From a virus, in IMG/VR virus record IMGVR_UViG_3300013767_000112, positions 439 to 64,438 of that record: a stretch of DNA of 64,000 nucleotides; one strand, written 5' to 3'. The notes beneath the pieces are model-generated. The model did not search any database. It had not been told where the DNA came from and saw only the letters and a list, made by a program, of their open reading frames with translations. Positions 18,835 to 29,300 of this stretch are shown piece by piece (the stretch's first letter is position 1; each line of letters opens with the position of its first letter). The translations under genes were made by a program, and so were the position numbers.

Positions 18835-20723
18835 TACTGATAGTTGTAGCTGGTCGACGTGCTCTCGCTCCTACTGTCCGAAGAGCTGGCACTCCCCGAA
18901 CCGCTGATGTTGGCGGACACGTGCGCGGCAGACAATGCCCCGGCGGCGAGCTGGGCTGTGTATTGACCCAGTGCCTTGGCCGACTCCAGTGCAATCTGCG
19001 CCTGCTGGATCGCGTTCTGCATCTTCGCTGCGTACTCGCTGATCTGCATTTCCGAGTAAGCGATGTTGGTCCGGCTGTTCATGTCGGCGAAGCGGGACTG
19101 CATTTCGGCATCTGCCACCGCCGCGCTGGCCGCCGCGCGCCAGGCCTCGACCTTGGCCTGGAATACGGAAGTGCTGCACTGCACGTCGCTCAGATTCGCC
19201 TGCAGCGTTGCCTTGTATGCGTCCACGTCTGCGAGGAACTTTGACACCTTCGTGCGCGCGGCCTCCATCTTGATCTGCGCGCCCTTGACCTTGATGTCGG
19301 CTTTACTCGCCAGGCCCTGAATGGTCGACGCGTAGGCACGGGCCTGCGAATCAAGCACACCAGCCTTGGCCGCCTCCCCCTTCACCTGCGCCTCGTAGGC
19401 GTCGAACTTCACCTTCTCGGCGCCGATCTGCTCGGCGTAGGCCTGCACGTCGGCCCGGTAGGCGTCGAACTGGTTCTTGATCGTCTCGGCGCGGACGGAT
19501 GCTCCCTGCATCATGGCCTTGTAGACCTCGACATTGGACTGCACCGCCTGCAGCTTCGCCTTGAACACGTCGACCCGCTGCTGGTTGATCTGGCCGAGCG
19601 CCACCTGCCCCTCCACGGCAGTCTTGTAGGCCGTGAGCTTAGAGATTGCCGCGTCGAGCTTCGTCCGGTAGACCTGTGCCAGCGTCTCAAAGGCCGCGTT
19701 CTGCGCATTAAACAGGCTGACCTGCGCATTGAATACGTTTATCTGGCTTTCCGCGTGGAAGCGGGCGACCTCAAACAGGCGCTTCGCCGTGTTCTCGTGC
19801 AGATTCGTGGTCAGTTGCTCGAGCGCCAGACCCTGCTGGACAGCAAAGCGTAGGTTCTCAATCTCCCACGTCGCGGCCTGAACCAGAATATCGCGGTTCA
19901 GCTCGGCAGCCTTCAGCCGCCCTTGCTCACGGACGACGTTCACCTGCTTGGCGAGCATGCCAGGCGGCATGCTGAAGTCGCGCGCGGCCCACGTGTCGAC
20001 CGCCTCCTGCACAGCGCGCTCCGTCTCGGCACTGTCGCGCTCGCGGGAGCGGGCAAAAAGGGCGTCCTCCACGGCGGCCGGTAGACCCGTACCACCGGCC
20101 ATCAGCGCTTTCACCCGGATCTGCAGGTCGCCAAGCACTTCGGAGGCATACGCCGGCTCCGCCCAGTTAATGAACACGTTCGGCACCGTGATGCCGCGCG
20201 CATCCGGCGGCGTGGCGTCGAAGGTCGGCAACTCCGGGAAGACGAAGTCGGGCAGGCGGATCTGCTCCAGAGTCTCCATTTCCGGCATGACGATCAGCGG
20301 TGCGTCGGGAATCTGCACCGCCGTGTCGATGTCCGGCCGCGCCGGCGCCGGGATGGTGGCCATGCCCGGTGCGTCGGGGATGTTGATGGGGATGAGCGCC
20401 GGCGCCTCGGGCAGCGGATCCATGTCACCGACATCAAGGCCGCTCAGCAGGTCGTCAATGTTCAGCCCGTCCGGCGCTTCTGGCTTCACCAGCGGCGCGG
20501 CGTCGAACGTCGGCTGGTTGTCCAGCGACACAGGCGGCGGCAAGGCGACCGGCGCGGCCGGCCGGGTAGGCGCGGGTACGTCGACCACCTTGACGGAGCC
20601 GATGTTGGTAAGCGCCTGACTCAGTTGCGCGCTGTACGTGCGCGCCATGCCGTCGAGGGTGCTGATTTTCTGGGTGACGGTATCTACCGCCACGCCGAGG
20701 ATGCTGTCTGGTGCGATGCCCAT
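18831..20723 (-). CDS. Helical virion/ejection protein
   Basis: About 630 aa, long Ala/Gln-rich amphipathic helices, in the structural operon. Confidence 0.65.
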   Translation of the reverse strand: MGIAPDSILGVAVDTVTQKISTLDGMARTYSAQLSQALTNIGSVKVVDVPAPTRPAAPVALPPPVSLDNQPTFDAAPLVKPEAPDGLNIDDLLSGLDVGDMDPLPEAPALIPINIPDAPGMATIPAPARPDIDTAVQIPDAPLIVMPEMETLEQIRLPDFVFPELPTFDATPPDARGITVPNVFINWAEPAYASEVLGDLQIRVKALMAGGTGLPAAVEDALFARSRERDSAETERAVQEAVDTWAARDFSMPPGMLAKQVNVVREQGRLKAAELNRDILVQAATWEIENLRFAVQQGLALEQLTTNLHENTAKRLFEVARFHAESQINVFNAQVSLFNAQNAAFETLAQVYRTKLDAAISKLTAYKTAVEGQVALGQINQQRVDVFKAKLQAVQSNVEVYKAMMQGASVRAETIKNQFDAYRADVQAYAEQIGAEKVKFDAYEAQVKGEAAKAGVLDSQARAYASTIQGLASKADIKVKGAQIKMEAARTKVSKFLADVDAYKATLQANLSDVQCSTSVFQAKVEAWRAAASAAVADAEMQSRFADMNSRTNIAYSEMQISEYAAKMQNAIQQAQIALESAKALGQYTAQLAAGALSAAHVSANISGSGSASSSDSRSESTSTSYNYQY

Positions 20724-21883
20724 CACACTCTCCTTTTCGTCGGCGCCGACTCGACGCGCAGATCATTGATATAGGCGTGCCGCGCGGTCAAGCGCAGCGT
20801 GAAGCCGAAATGCCGACCGCGCAGGCCGCGGCCGAAGACAATACGATCGTTCGTCAGCTCGGCGGCTGGCTCAGACTCAAGCGCGTAGCTGTAGGTCTCG
20901 GTAGCGCCGCTCTGCGTGGTGCTCACGTCCATGGTGGCCGCGCCATCGGCGTCCAGCTCATACTCGAGGTAGGCCGCGACTGGATGCACCAGCACGCCCT
21001 TCCCCACGTCCACCTTTCCGGTCACCATCCGCGCCTCGATCGCCTCGCTGCCGGCCGAGAGCGCGTAGACGCCGTCGTCGGTCGTACCGTAGAGCACTCC
21101 GTCGATGACGGCGAGCCCGTTGAAGGTGAACGGCGCGTAGCGGCTCATGGCCCAGCGATCGGCATTCGCGGTCCAAGCCTGGCCGCTGCCATGTTCGGCC
21201 GGCATCGAGTCCTCGACCACGGCGCCATCCTGCACCAGGTCGCGGGCGTGTAGGCGGTCGAGCACCACAGCAAAGGCGCGGGCCCGCTCGGTAGGCACCT
21301 GCTCAACGGCGCGGTGTGCATCCAGCAGTTCATCGGTCGCGGTGGCACCGTCCAGTACCCGTTGACGGGTATGCACGCGCCCGCCGGCCCAGTCGCTCGC
21401 GGCCCCGGTTTCGCTGATCAGCACCCTGGAAAACTGGCCGGTGAAGTCGCGCGCACGGATGACTTCGCTTACCAGTGAATGAGCCCGGCGCTGCCCGAAT
21501 ACGGCATCAGCGATCGCTACACGCTCGGTGGTGATCGAACGTGTCTTGTCGAACACTCTATCGGCGGCCACGGCCGTGTCGGCGAGCAGCGCGCGCTGGC
21601 GGACGATCGCGCGATCGGAAGCCTTGACGTTGTCCGCCAGCAGCACAGCGGCGCGCAGGTGCCCCATCGCGGCGTCGCTCACGGTCGCTCGTTCCGCGAG
21701 CAGGGAGCGCGCATTGTCTTGCACCTGATCGGCCGCCACAGCGATCTCAGTGTGCGTCACCAGCAAGGCGAACAGCAGCTTGCTAGTGGCCTTCGCCGAG
21801 TCTTCTACCACTGCCGCAATCTTCACCCAGGTGGTGTCGCGGACAAAGGCAGTCTCCTGGGTGTCGTCCCGGTATCTACTCAT
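20723..21883 (-). CDS. Phage structural protein (repetitive N-terminal half)
   Basis: Translationally coupled ORF in the tail region. Confidence 0.65.
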   Translation of the reverse strand: MSRYRDDTQETAFVRDTTWVKIAAVVEDSAKATSKLLFALLVTHTEIAVAADQVQDNARSLLAERATVSDAAMGHLRAAVLLADNVKASDRAIVRQRALLADTAVAADRVFDKTRSITTERVAIADAVFGQRRAHSLVSEVIRARDFTGQFSRVLISETGAASDWAGGRVHTRQRVLDGATATDELLDAHRAVEQVPTERARAFAVVLDRLHARDLVQDGAVVEDSMPAEHGSGQAWTANADRWAMSRYAPFTFNGLAVIDGVLYGTTDDGVYALSAGSEAIEARMVTGKVDVGKGVLVHPVAAYLEYELDADGAATMDVSTTQSGATETYSYALESEPAAELTNDRIVFGRGLRGRHFGFTLRLTARHAYINDLRVESAPTKRRV

Positions 21884-24455
21884 TGATCGACCCTATGAAG
21901 TGGTGGGCGGACTGGTGGTCCACGAGGCTGGTATATCCCCAGCGCGCGCGCCTTCCGCCCACGAGTTCCGACACGTTTGCGTAAGTCACGCTTCCGAAGA
22001 CTGCCTTGCAGGCGTCGCGGTAGAAGACGCCAACATAAGGATCAGGCGAGCCCAGGAAATACATGATGTCTGGTACCTTGGAGTGAACAACTTCCACATC
22101 ATCGAGGATGCTGATGCGCAGGTTTCCCTTCTCTGTAGCGTCGCCAGTCTTGGTCGTGCTGTAGCCTTTGAATGGTGGCGGTCCACCGCCACCGGAAAGA
22201 TTCCATTCATTGGCCTTCGGGTGGACCAGCCACGTAAAGTCAGCGGGCAACGCCGGAATCCACGGCCCCTGATCGGCAAAGTCAGAGCATGGGCTAGGGT
22301 CGTAGTTCTCCATTTCCACCCAGACTGGTGAACTGTCCTTTGGAAATGGCTTGCCCTTCATGACCGGCAGGCCACCGGCCCAATGCATGACGAAATCGTA
22401 GGTCCAGTAACGATACGACCAAGGATCTTGGATGGAGTGCAACCCCAGTGATTCGGTGGTGTTGCTCCCCGATATGGTCTCCTTCAGGGCATGCAGCACG
22501 GCATTGCGACAGAGATACGGAATGCAGATGGCTACCACAAGGTTGTGGCCTTCCGTCCTATGCACTGTGGTCTTGGTGGAGAAATAGCGGTTCCTCCACA
22601 ACGTCCCAGGCCTCCAGAACGGCGCATCAAATCCAAAGAATGGCTTGCTGTCGTAGCCCAAGTCCTTCCCGACAATATTTGTCGTGACGACTGTTGGCGC
22701 GATGGCCTGCCGCTCATCAAAGTCCGTGGTGTAGAAGTTGCCCAGCAGTTGAGTGGAGCCCACGGTCTCTGTCTGGGACCACGACCCGACAATCATGCAG
22801 TCTTCGTAATCGTTCTCCACGTCGCGTTGGTAGCTTCGTTCCTCGCGGAAGTACTTCACCACCTTCAGCTCGTCTCCCACGTAGTAGCCGAACATGATGG
22901 TGTCGCAGTTCGGATAGTGGTCCTTGTACCGACCGTTCTCCAGCGGTAGGAAGTCGTGCGAGACACAGCCACCCGCGAATGGCTCGGGATACTTGATCTG
23001 CGGTTGATACATGAACTTGGCGCCGTGGTACAGATAGCCGCGACCGACCTCTTTGACCGAGCCAGAGTGCGGTGCGATCGGCGCCAATTCCAGCCTGTTC
23101 CAGTAGTCCACTTCAGCCTGCGTGACCTCGCCGCCGGTGGCGCGCTCGAGGATCTGCTTCGCGTCGACGCGGCGCAGCTTGTACTTGATGGCAAGGCTCT
23201 CTGCGGTGTTGCTGGAGATCAGTCGGTACAGGCTGGCCATGTACCGATCAACGCGCTGCGCGAGGACAGGGTCATCAGGCGCAGCAGGCGGAGCGAGCTT
23301 GCCACCAGCCGCGGCCGGCGCCAGATTCAGCGTCATCATGTACGCCAGCCCGTAGCCCAGGCCTTCCGCATCGTAGTAGTCGTAGCACGTGTTGAAGCCT
23401 GCCGCCCCGCTGCTGTTGAACGACCATCCGCAGGCCGATGTGTAGCTGATGTGGTCGTAGAAGTCCGCGACGTCGCACACCTTGATGATGGCCCCGGCCC
23501 GGCGCCACGCCCCAAAATCTCCCTCGTTCGCGGGAAACGATTCCCCCGACGGCATGCCGCCAAAGCGATCAAGAATGGCGGTGATCTCTTCATCGCCAAC
23601 CTTCTCCATATATTCCCGGAACGCCTTTGTCGTCGTAGCTGGGATCAGCGGCAGCGGCATGGCCCACACACCTGCCGTTCCAATGCGCAGCAGCCACGGC
23701 TTGTTGTCCGCGTCGAAACCCACGCCATTCGTCGCGTTGAACTTGTAGTCGTACTGGAACTGCCCCTCCTTGTTGGGCAGTCCGGTGTATCCCGGGAGCC
23801 GGACGTTACCCATCTGCTCGCGAATGGCCTTCATTACTTCGCCCGGGATGCCCAGCCGCGCACGCTCGACCTGGTTGTCTGGCAGGTCAGCCAGGTTCTG
23901 CCGACCGTATCCACCCACGACTTGCATGACTTCGGCCATCGCGCCGGAGTACCACGTAGGACGCTGCTGGGCGTACTGGCTATAGAAGGCCACAGTCTCG
24001 AACTGCGGCACGAACTCCTGAAACTGGCTGCCGTATGCGATGCGGAATCGCTGCAGTGCCGCTTCCTTCGGCGGCAGGTGATCAGACGCGTAGTTCGCGA
24101 TGCGTCTACGCGTCTGATCGGAGAACTTCACGCGCACGCCCTCACCCGGCATTACCACCGCGGCGGTGATGACACCGGAGAACAGCATCGGGATGTACTC
24201 CTTGGCCAGGCCGTCAAAGGGCGGAAGCGGCGGAGCTGGCTCAGGCTTGTGGGTGATGACGCGAAACGTCCCGCCCATGTCCTGGGCGATCGCATACCCG
24301 CCGTCTGGCAGCGCGCGCACCATGCGCAAGCTGTCCACCCCGGACAACTGTCGCAGATTGGTGAGGCGGCGCGCGAGCAGTTCGATGGCGGCCGAGTCGT
24401 CATCGGTCAACGCGCCGCCCACGGCCAGCAGGCCGTGGGGGCGTGGCTGCTGCAT
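21876..24455 (-). CDS. Large phage structural/tail protein (859 aa)
   Basis: Overlapping coupled ORF, aromatic- and beta-rich. Confidence 0.65.
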   Translation of the reverse strand: MQQPRPHGLLAVGGALTDDDSAAIELLARRLTNLRQLSGVDSLRMVRALPDGGYAIAQDMGGTFRVITHKPEPAPPLPPFDGLAKEYIPMLFSGVITAAVVMPGEGVRVKFSDQTRRRIANYASDHLPPKEAALQRFRIAYGSQFQEFVPQFETVAFYSQYAQQRPTWYSGAMAEVMQVVGGYGRQNLADLPDNQVERARLGIPGEVMKAIREQMGNVRLPGYTGLPNKEGQFQYDYKFNATNGVGFDADNKPWLLRIGTAGVWAMPLPLIPATTTKAFREYMEKVGDEEITAILDRFGGMPSGESFPANEGDFGAWRRAGAIIKVCDVADFYDHISYTSACGWSFNSSGAAGFNTCYDYYDAEGLGYGLAYMMTLNLAPAAAGGKLAPPAAPDDPVLAQRVDRYMASLYRLISSNTAESLAIKYKLRRVDAKQILERATGGEVTQAEVDYWNRLELAPIAPHSGSVKEVGRGYLYHGAKFMYQPQIKYPEPFAGGCVSHDFLPLENGRYKDHYPNCDTIMFGYYVGDELKVVKYFREERSYQRDVENDYEDCMIVGSWSQTETVGSTQLLGNFYTTDFDERQAIAPTVVTTNIVGKDLGYDSKPFFGFDAPFWRPGTLWRNRYFSTKTTVHRTEGHNLVVAICIPYLCRNAVLHALKETISGSNTTESLGLHSIQDPWSYRYWTYDFVMHWAGGLPVMKGKPFPKDSSPVWVEMENYDPSPCSDFADQGPWIPALPADFTWLVHPKANEWNLSGGGGPPPFKGYSTTKTGDATEKGNLRISILDDVEVVHSKVPDIMYFLGSPDPYVGVFYRDACKAVFGSVTYANVSELVGGRRARWGYTSLVDHQSAHHFIGSINE

Positions 24456-24458
24456 GGC

Positions 24459-25070
24459 TTAGACCGTCAGGCTGATGCGGTAGCCGATGTCGTACACATC
24501 GCCGTCTTGGAACGTGCGCGCGACCGGGTATTTCGTCGCTGACACGAGCTTGCCGGTGGTGCCGCCGCGCGTGCTGTCCGTCAGCAGGGCAGCACCGGTC
24601 ACGTTGAGCGAGCCTGCGGTGGCAATCGTGACAGTGGCGACCGAAGCCATGTTGTCGATCGAGCCAGTCGCAGTGCTGGCAGGCGGCGTCCACACGGGGC
24701 GCGTCGGGCTGGTGTAGCCCTCGGTCAGGCTGACGATCTCCGACGCGGCGGCCGCGAAAGTCGCAGCGGTCCAGTTTGCGGCAGGTGCGGCGGCGCCCGA
24801 AAACAGTGCCAGGTAGTAGCCCGCCGGCTTCGGCGTAGCACCCAACGCGACGCTGAGGATATGCGCCAAGCCCTCCAGCACGATCAGGTTGTCGCCTTCC
24901 TTCACCCAAGCGCCGCCATTGACGCGGCCGAAATACTCGCCACGGGCATAGACGGATTCGCCGAGCACGCGGGAGATAGCCCACAGCGAGAGCGCGCGGC
25001 AGACGGTTCTGACTTTCGGGAGCAGCGCCAGGATGACCAGCGCGATGGCGAGCAAGATAAGAGTTGTCAT
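24459..25070 (-). CDS. Phage tail protein with hydrophobic N-terminus
   Basis: AGAGGA RBS before ATG 25070; NLIVLEG...YYLALF...GDVYDIGYRISL resembles tail-fibre N-terminal domains. Confidence 0.6.
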   Translation of the reverse strand: MTTLILLAIALVILALLPKVRTVCRALSLWAISRVLGESVYARGEYFGRVNGGAWVKEGDNLIVLEGLAHILSVALGATPKPAGYYLALFSGAAAPAANWTAATFAAAASEIVSLTEGYTSPTRPVWTPPASTATGSIDNMASVATVTIATAGSLNVTGAALLTDSTRGGTTGKLVSATKYPVARTFQDGDVYDIGYRISLTV

Positions 25071-25135
25071 GAGTTGTCCTCTATGTCTTGCCGCACTCCT
25101 GCGCAGCGATTGAAAGCCCGGAAATCCGGGATGTC

Positions 25136-26326
25136 TCAGATTACTGCCGTCACCAGACGACGATCCAGCACTACAGAGGTGCCCGCCTGGCCGGTGATAC
25201 CCGACAAGACGCCGGCATGTACCTCGGCGAGCGAGCCGCCACTGGTGCCCATTACATAGCCGTTTTCCGCCAGCCACACCACCACCGGCGATCCATCCGG
25301 CGAGGCGTTCGTACCAACGATCTCGGCTGGCGCCAGAATGGCGCTGCCGGGCACCGGCGCGCGCGAGGCCTTGCGCGAGATGCGGAGACCGCCCGGATCG
25401 GTGCCCTCGAGGAAGGCGACGTGATCCACCTGCCCCACCCAGATTCCGCCCGCGACCGGCTGCACGAACGTGATCCGCTGAGGCATCTGCAAGAATCCAT
25501 GCCTCTCGTCGTGCAGGTGATAGGCCAGTGCCTCGGACCAGCGCAGCACATTGGCGCGCGCCGTGAGCAGACGGCCGCGCCAGTACTTCAGGTACTTGCC
25601 GGTCGGCATCGGCGACAGGTGGCGGAACTGCGCGGCCCTCCCCAGTTCGGGCAAGAGCGGCACGGGAATCGCCGTCGAGCCGACTGGGTAGTCGCCAGCC
25701 CGCAGCAGCTCGCCGCCGTTCTGCCGCGTCAGGTATAGGCGCGCACCCGTTACGCTGCCGTCCAGGCACAGCGGCAGGGAGACCGACAGACCGCCCGCCT
25801 CGCGCACCTCGGTGAACGCGATAGCGGAGGGAGCCGATTCCTGCTGGCCGCGCAGCCAGGCAACCGCAGCGCCGTAGGTGCCGGCGCTGAGCGAGCCGTC
25901 GCCGGCCAGCACCAGTGGCGGAGCTGGCGTGTCGATGGTCAAGCGCTGGGTGCTGCTGCCGTCGAACGTGAAGATACCGGCCGGCGTCGCGGCCGCCACC
26001 AGGTTGTTCAGCACCTCATGCGACACATCGCCCTCACCTACCCTGGCCAGCGGCTCGTGCGTCCATGCGGTTGGGTGTACCTTCACCCACTGGTCGCCCA
26101 GCGTGCCGAACGTGTCACGATGCAAGGGGCTCTGCCACAGGTTCCGGTATGGGATGCTCGTGACGCGCTCTCGGCCGCCCCGAAGTGAAGCCCTGCCCGC
26201 CGGCGAGATATCGACGTTCACGGCATCACGCAGGTACAGGCGCGGGTCGTCCCCGCCGATCATCAGCGCGGCGTCCTCCGCTACGGTATTCATGCCGGCG
26301 AGCGGCGTCAGTTTTGTGGTGGCCAT
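25136..26326 (-). CDS. Putative tail nozzle/tubular protein
   Basis: 396 aa, beta-propeller-like alternation, podophage tail position. Confidence 0.55.
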   Translation of the reverse strand: MATTKLTPLAGMNTVAEDAALMIGGDDPRLYLRDAVNVDISPAGRASLRGGRERVTSIPYRNLWQSPLHRDTFGTLGDQWVKVHPTAWTHEPLARVGEGDVSHEVLNNLVAAATPAGIFTFDGSSTQRLTIDTPAPPLVLAGDGSLSAGTYGAAVAWLRGQQESAPSAIAFTEVREAGGLSVSLPLCLDGSVTGARLYLTRQNGGELLRAGDYPVGSTAIPVPLLPELGRAAQFRHLSPMPTGKYLKYWRGRLLTARANVLRWSEALAYHLHDERHGFLQMPQRITFVQPVAGGIWVGQVDHVAFLEGTDPGGLRISRKASRAPVPGSAILAPAEIVGTNASPDGSPVVVWLAENGYVMGTSGGSLAEVHAGVLSGITGQAGTSVVLDRRLVTAVI

Positions 26327-29300
26327 CAGAAGGCGCCCTTTCGATACTGGTCCGCGTTGCCATCCGGACGGATGAAGCGAACGCCAGGTTTAACATCAGA
26401 AGCCGACGAGCTGAAACCGAGAATCCCTACAGGGGTAATCGAGCGTGACGCGCGTGGCGGGTCGACACGCTTGACGCGCAACCGCTTGTCGAAGGCCTCG
26501 AGCTGGTACTCGCACAGGAACGCATCGAAGCCGGATACTTTCGCCTCGCGCACCCGGAACGATACCCACGGCTGCGCCACCGCTTGGCTCGCTAAGCCAG
26601 TGGGGATAGTCGGCATCAGCGGGCCGACGCGCAGGCCCTGCCACATGTACGGGGTATCACCGCCCTTGCGTGTCCCCAGTGCAGCGGAATCGAAGCCGGA
26701 CGGCTTCACAGTGCGGTTGAAGAAATCGACTGCCTGCTTGTCTATCGCAGGAGGCACGATCCCCAACGGCTTTGCGGTCTGCGCGCCGACAGGCGGAGGC
26801 GGAGCGACCTTCGCCTGGCCGAAGACTGCGGAGTCCACACCATTGAACTGCTCCGCGTATTGATCGCCGGGCACCATGTGCCAGCCGCTTCGGAAGCTGG
26901 TGAATCCGGTCGGCCTGATGTAGTGCCTCCGAAGTTGGACCGTCGAAGCTCCGAAACTGGTGAAATAGGTTCCCGTGGCTTGCAGCCTTCGATTCTGGTT
27001 CGTCACAGTGACGTTGCCGAGGATTGCTCCTGGCGTGCGCCCGTAGCCATCAATTGGGTGCAACGGTAGTGTGGTCGGATGGTTCCTCTTGGCCTGTTCC
27101 GGTGCCTCTGTCATTGCCCAGATGGTGTGAGGCGTAACCCGCGGCTTGCCTTGATAGTCGGCATCCTGATAGTCGTATGGCGGCACGGTCAGCGTGCGGA
27201 TCTTGAGCGAGACCATGGGGTCGCCGATCAGCAGCTCCCAGTAACCAGGTTCCACGCGAACGGAATTTGCGGTAACGCTGTGTGAGCCAATGCGGGTGGC
27301 CACGTCGTCCTGCTTCACGTAGATGACCTGCTGATTCATGATCGGCAAGCCCATCTGGCTCCGTGGCGGATCATCGCCAGGAGGGATCCCGAAGCCGTCC
27401 TTGCCCGGCTCGCCATCCAGCGTAATGTACTGGGTGGAATACGGCGGCGCGCCGGTGCGCACGACGGTCAGCTTGTCGCCGAAAGCCCCCGCGCGCAGTC
27501 CCATGACGGTCACGCTGCGGTCGCGGAATGCGATGTCCGCTTTGCCAAATTCCTGGGTCAAAGCGCCATCCGGCTGCACCGGACGCCATTGCAGCCGCAC
27601 GAACGTGTCACCGAACTCGTCGGACGCACTGCCCCGTGTATGCAGCTCGGGAGTCACGTTCCACACCGTGGGCGAGCCGTACAGATTCTGGAGAGTCCAC
27701 CGCGGCGTGATGAGCGTCCAATGGATAGACAGAGACGCCCAGCCCAAGCCGGACAGATCATCGCCGCGCGGCTCCACATAGCGCGTGTAGAGCTTCACCT
27801 CCGGCAACTGGATCACCGGCGGCCCGATCGTATAGCGCGGCTCGAACGACAGCGTGCGGACGCGATCAGCGATCATCGGATAACCGAACACCGCCGAATC
27901 GAAGCCACCGATGCGCTCGAAGGTGCGGCGGGTGTTCTCGATCTTCGGCAGGCCGGCCGCCGGGCTGCTGATGCCGGCTGGAGCGGCCACAAACGCATCG
28001 TTGTAGACCGTGGCCCAGGACGGAATATATGGCGGCTCCAATCCATCCAAGCGCAGCCGTCGCACGCGATACGCCACCATGCCGGCCTTGTAGAAGGCCT
28101 CCGGATCTGGCGAGCGGATACCCTCCGGGAATAGCGGCGCGGCCTTGTTGTCAATCTGCGGGATCCCGGGCCGTGACAGGTCGTTGCCTGTGGCACGCAG
28201 ATTGTGGTTTCGGTTCTCGATCAGCGTCCACTGTGGCCAAGCTGGCGTATTCAGCCCACTGTCCGGGTCGTAGTACATGCTGATGTACTGCACCAGGTTG
28301 TAGGCGTTGGCCGTCCCCCAGCGGTCGGCAGGCTGCTTCCCCACGGTGAGGAAGCCAGGCGGCACCACGAGCTGGGTGTAGTTGCGGATGCTCGCTAGTC
28401 CATAGGTGCCAGAGAAGCCCAGCGGGTAGACCTGCTGTACCTCCGGGATGATGCGCGAGCCGAACTGCGCAGCGTCGTAACCCACCGGCCGCAGGAAGCG
28501 CAGGCCGCCGACCATATGATTGGCCGCGAAGAATTCGAAAATGCTGGCCGGCGCGATAGTCCGGTCGGAGTTGTCCACCGTCGGCGTGCCGTAGGCCGAC
28601 ATGGCCGTGCCCGTGGCGATCAGTTCACGCCACGAGTGGTCGATCCTTCCCGAGCCGTACTTGTCGCTAGCGAACCCTTGCGCCGGCAAGTAGCGATAGC
28701 GGAACCAGACCGTGGCGCTGCCGAGCGCCTGGCTGTCTGCGCCCTTCGCAGCCACGTTACGCACGCGCGGCCACACGGTCGGCAAGCCAATGGCACCGGT
28801 GAAGCCGGACGGCGAGATTTCCGGCGTCTTTGTCAGCGTCGGGGCGCCAATGCCCGGAGATGCTATGCCCGACAGGTACAGCGAGCGCACCGCGAAGCCG
28901 ACACCAGTTTCCGTGCTCGACGGCTTGCCCAGCGCGTCGAAGCCCTGCGGCGCCACCGATGGCGTCTTGTTGGCGATGGCGCCGCCGCCAGCGGCGAGGG
29001 AATCCCAGCCAGCCAGGAGCAGGTAACGGCGGGTGTTCTCCACCAGCGCCCAGGGCGACAGCTCGAGCGCGTCGAGGCCCGCGAGTTTGACGACAACGGA
29101 CTTGTTGGTGACGCGAGAGTCGCCGAACGGCCCCACGTCGACCGGCGAAGACGGGAACACCCACTGCGTCGGGTCGAAGACAATCGGATAACCCAAGTCA
29201 ACTGCAGCTATTCCCCGCGGCAACAGGTACTTGGTCTTGTACTCGATGCTCGCCTGCCCGAACAACGCGGCATCCCAGCCAGTCGGAGTCGGGTTGCGCT

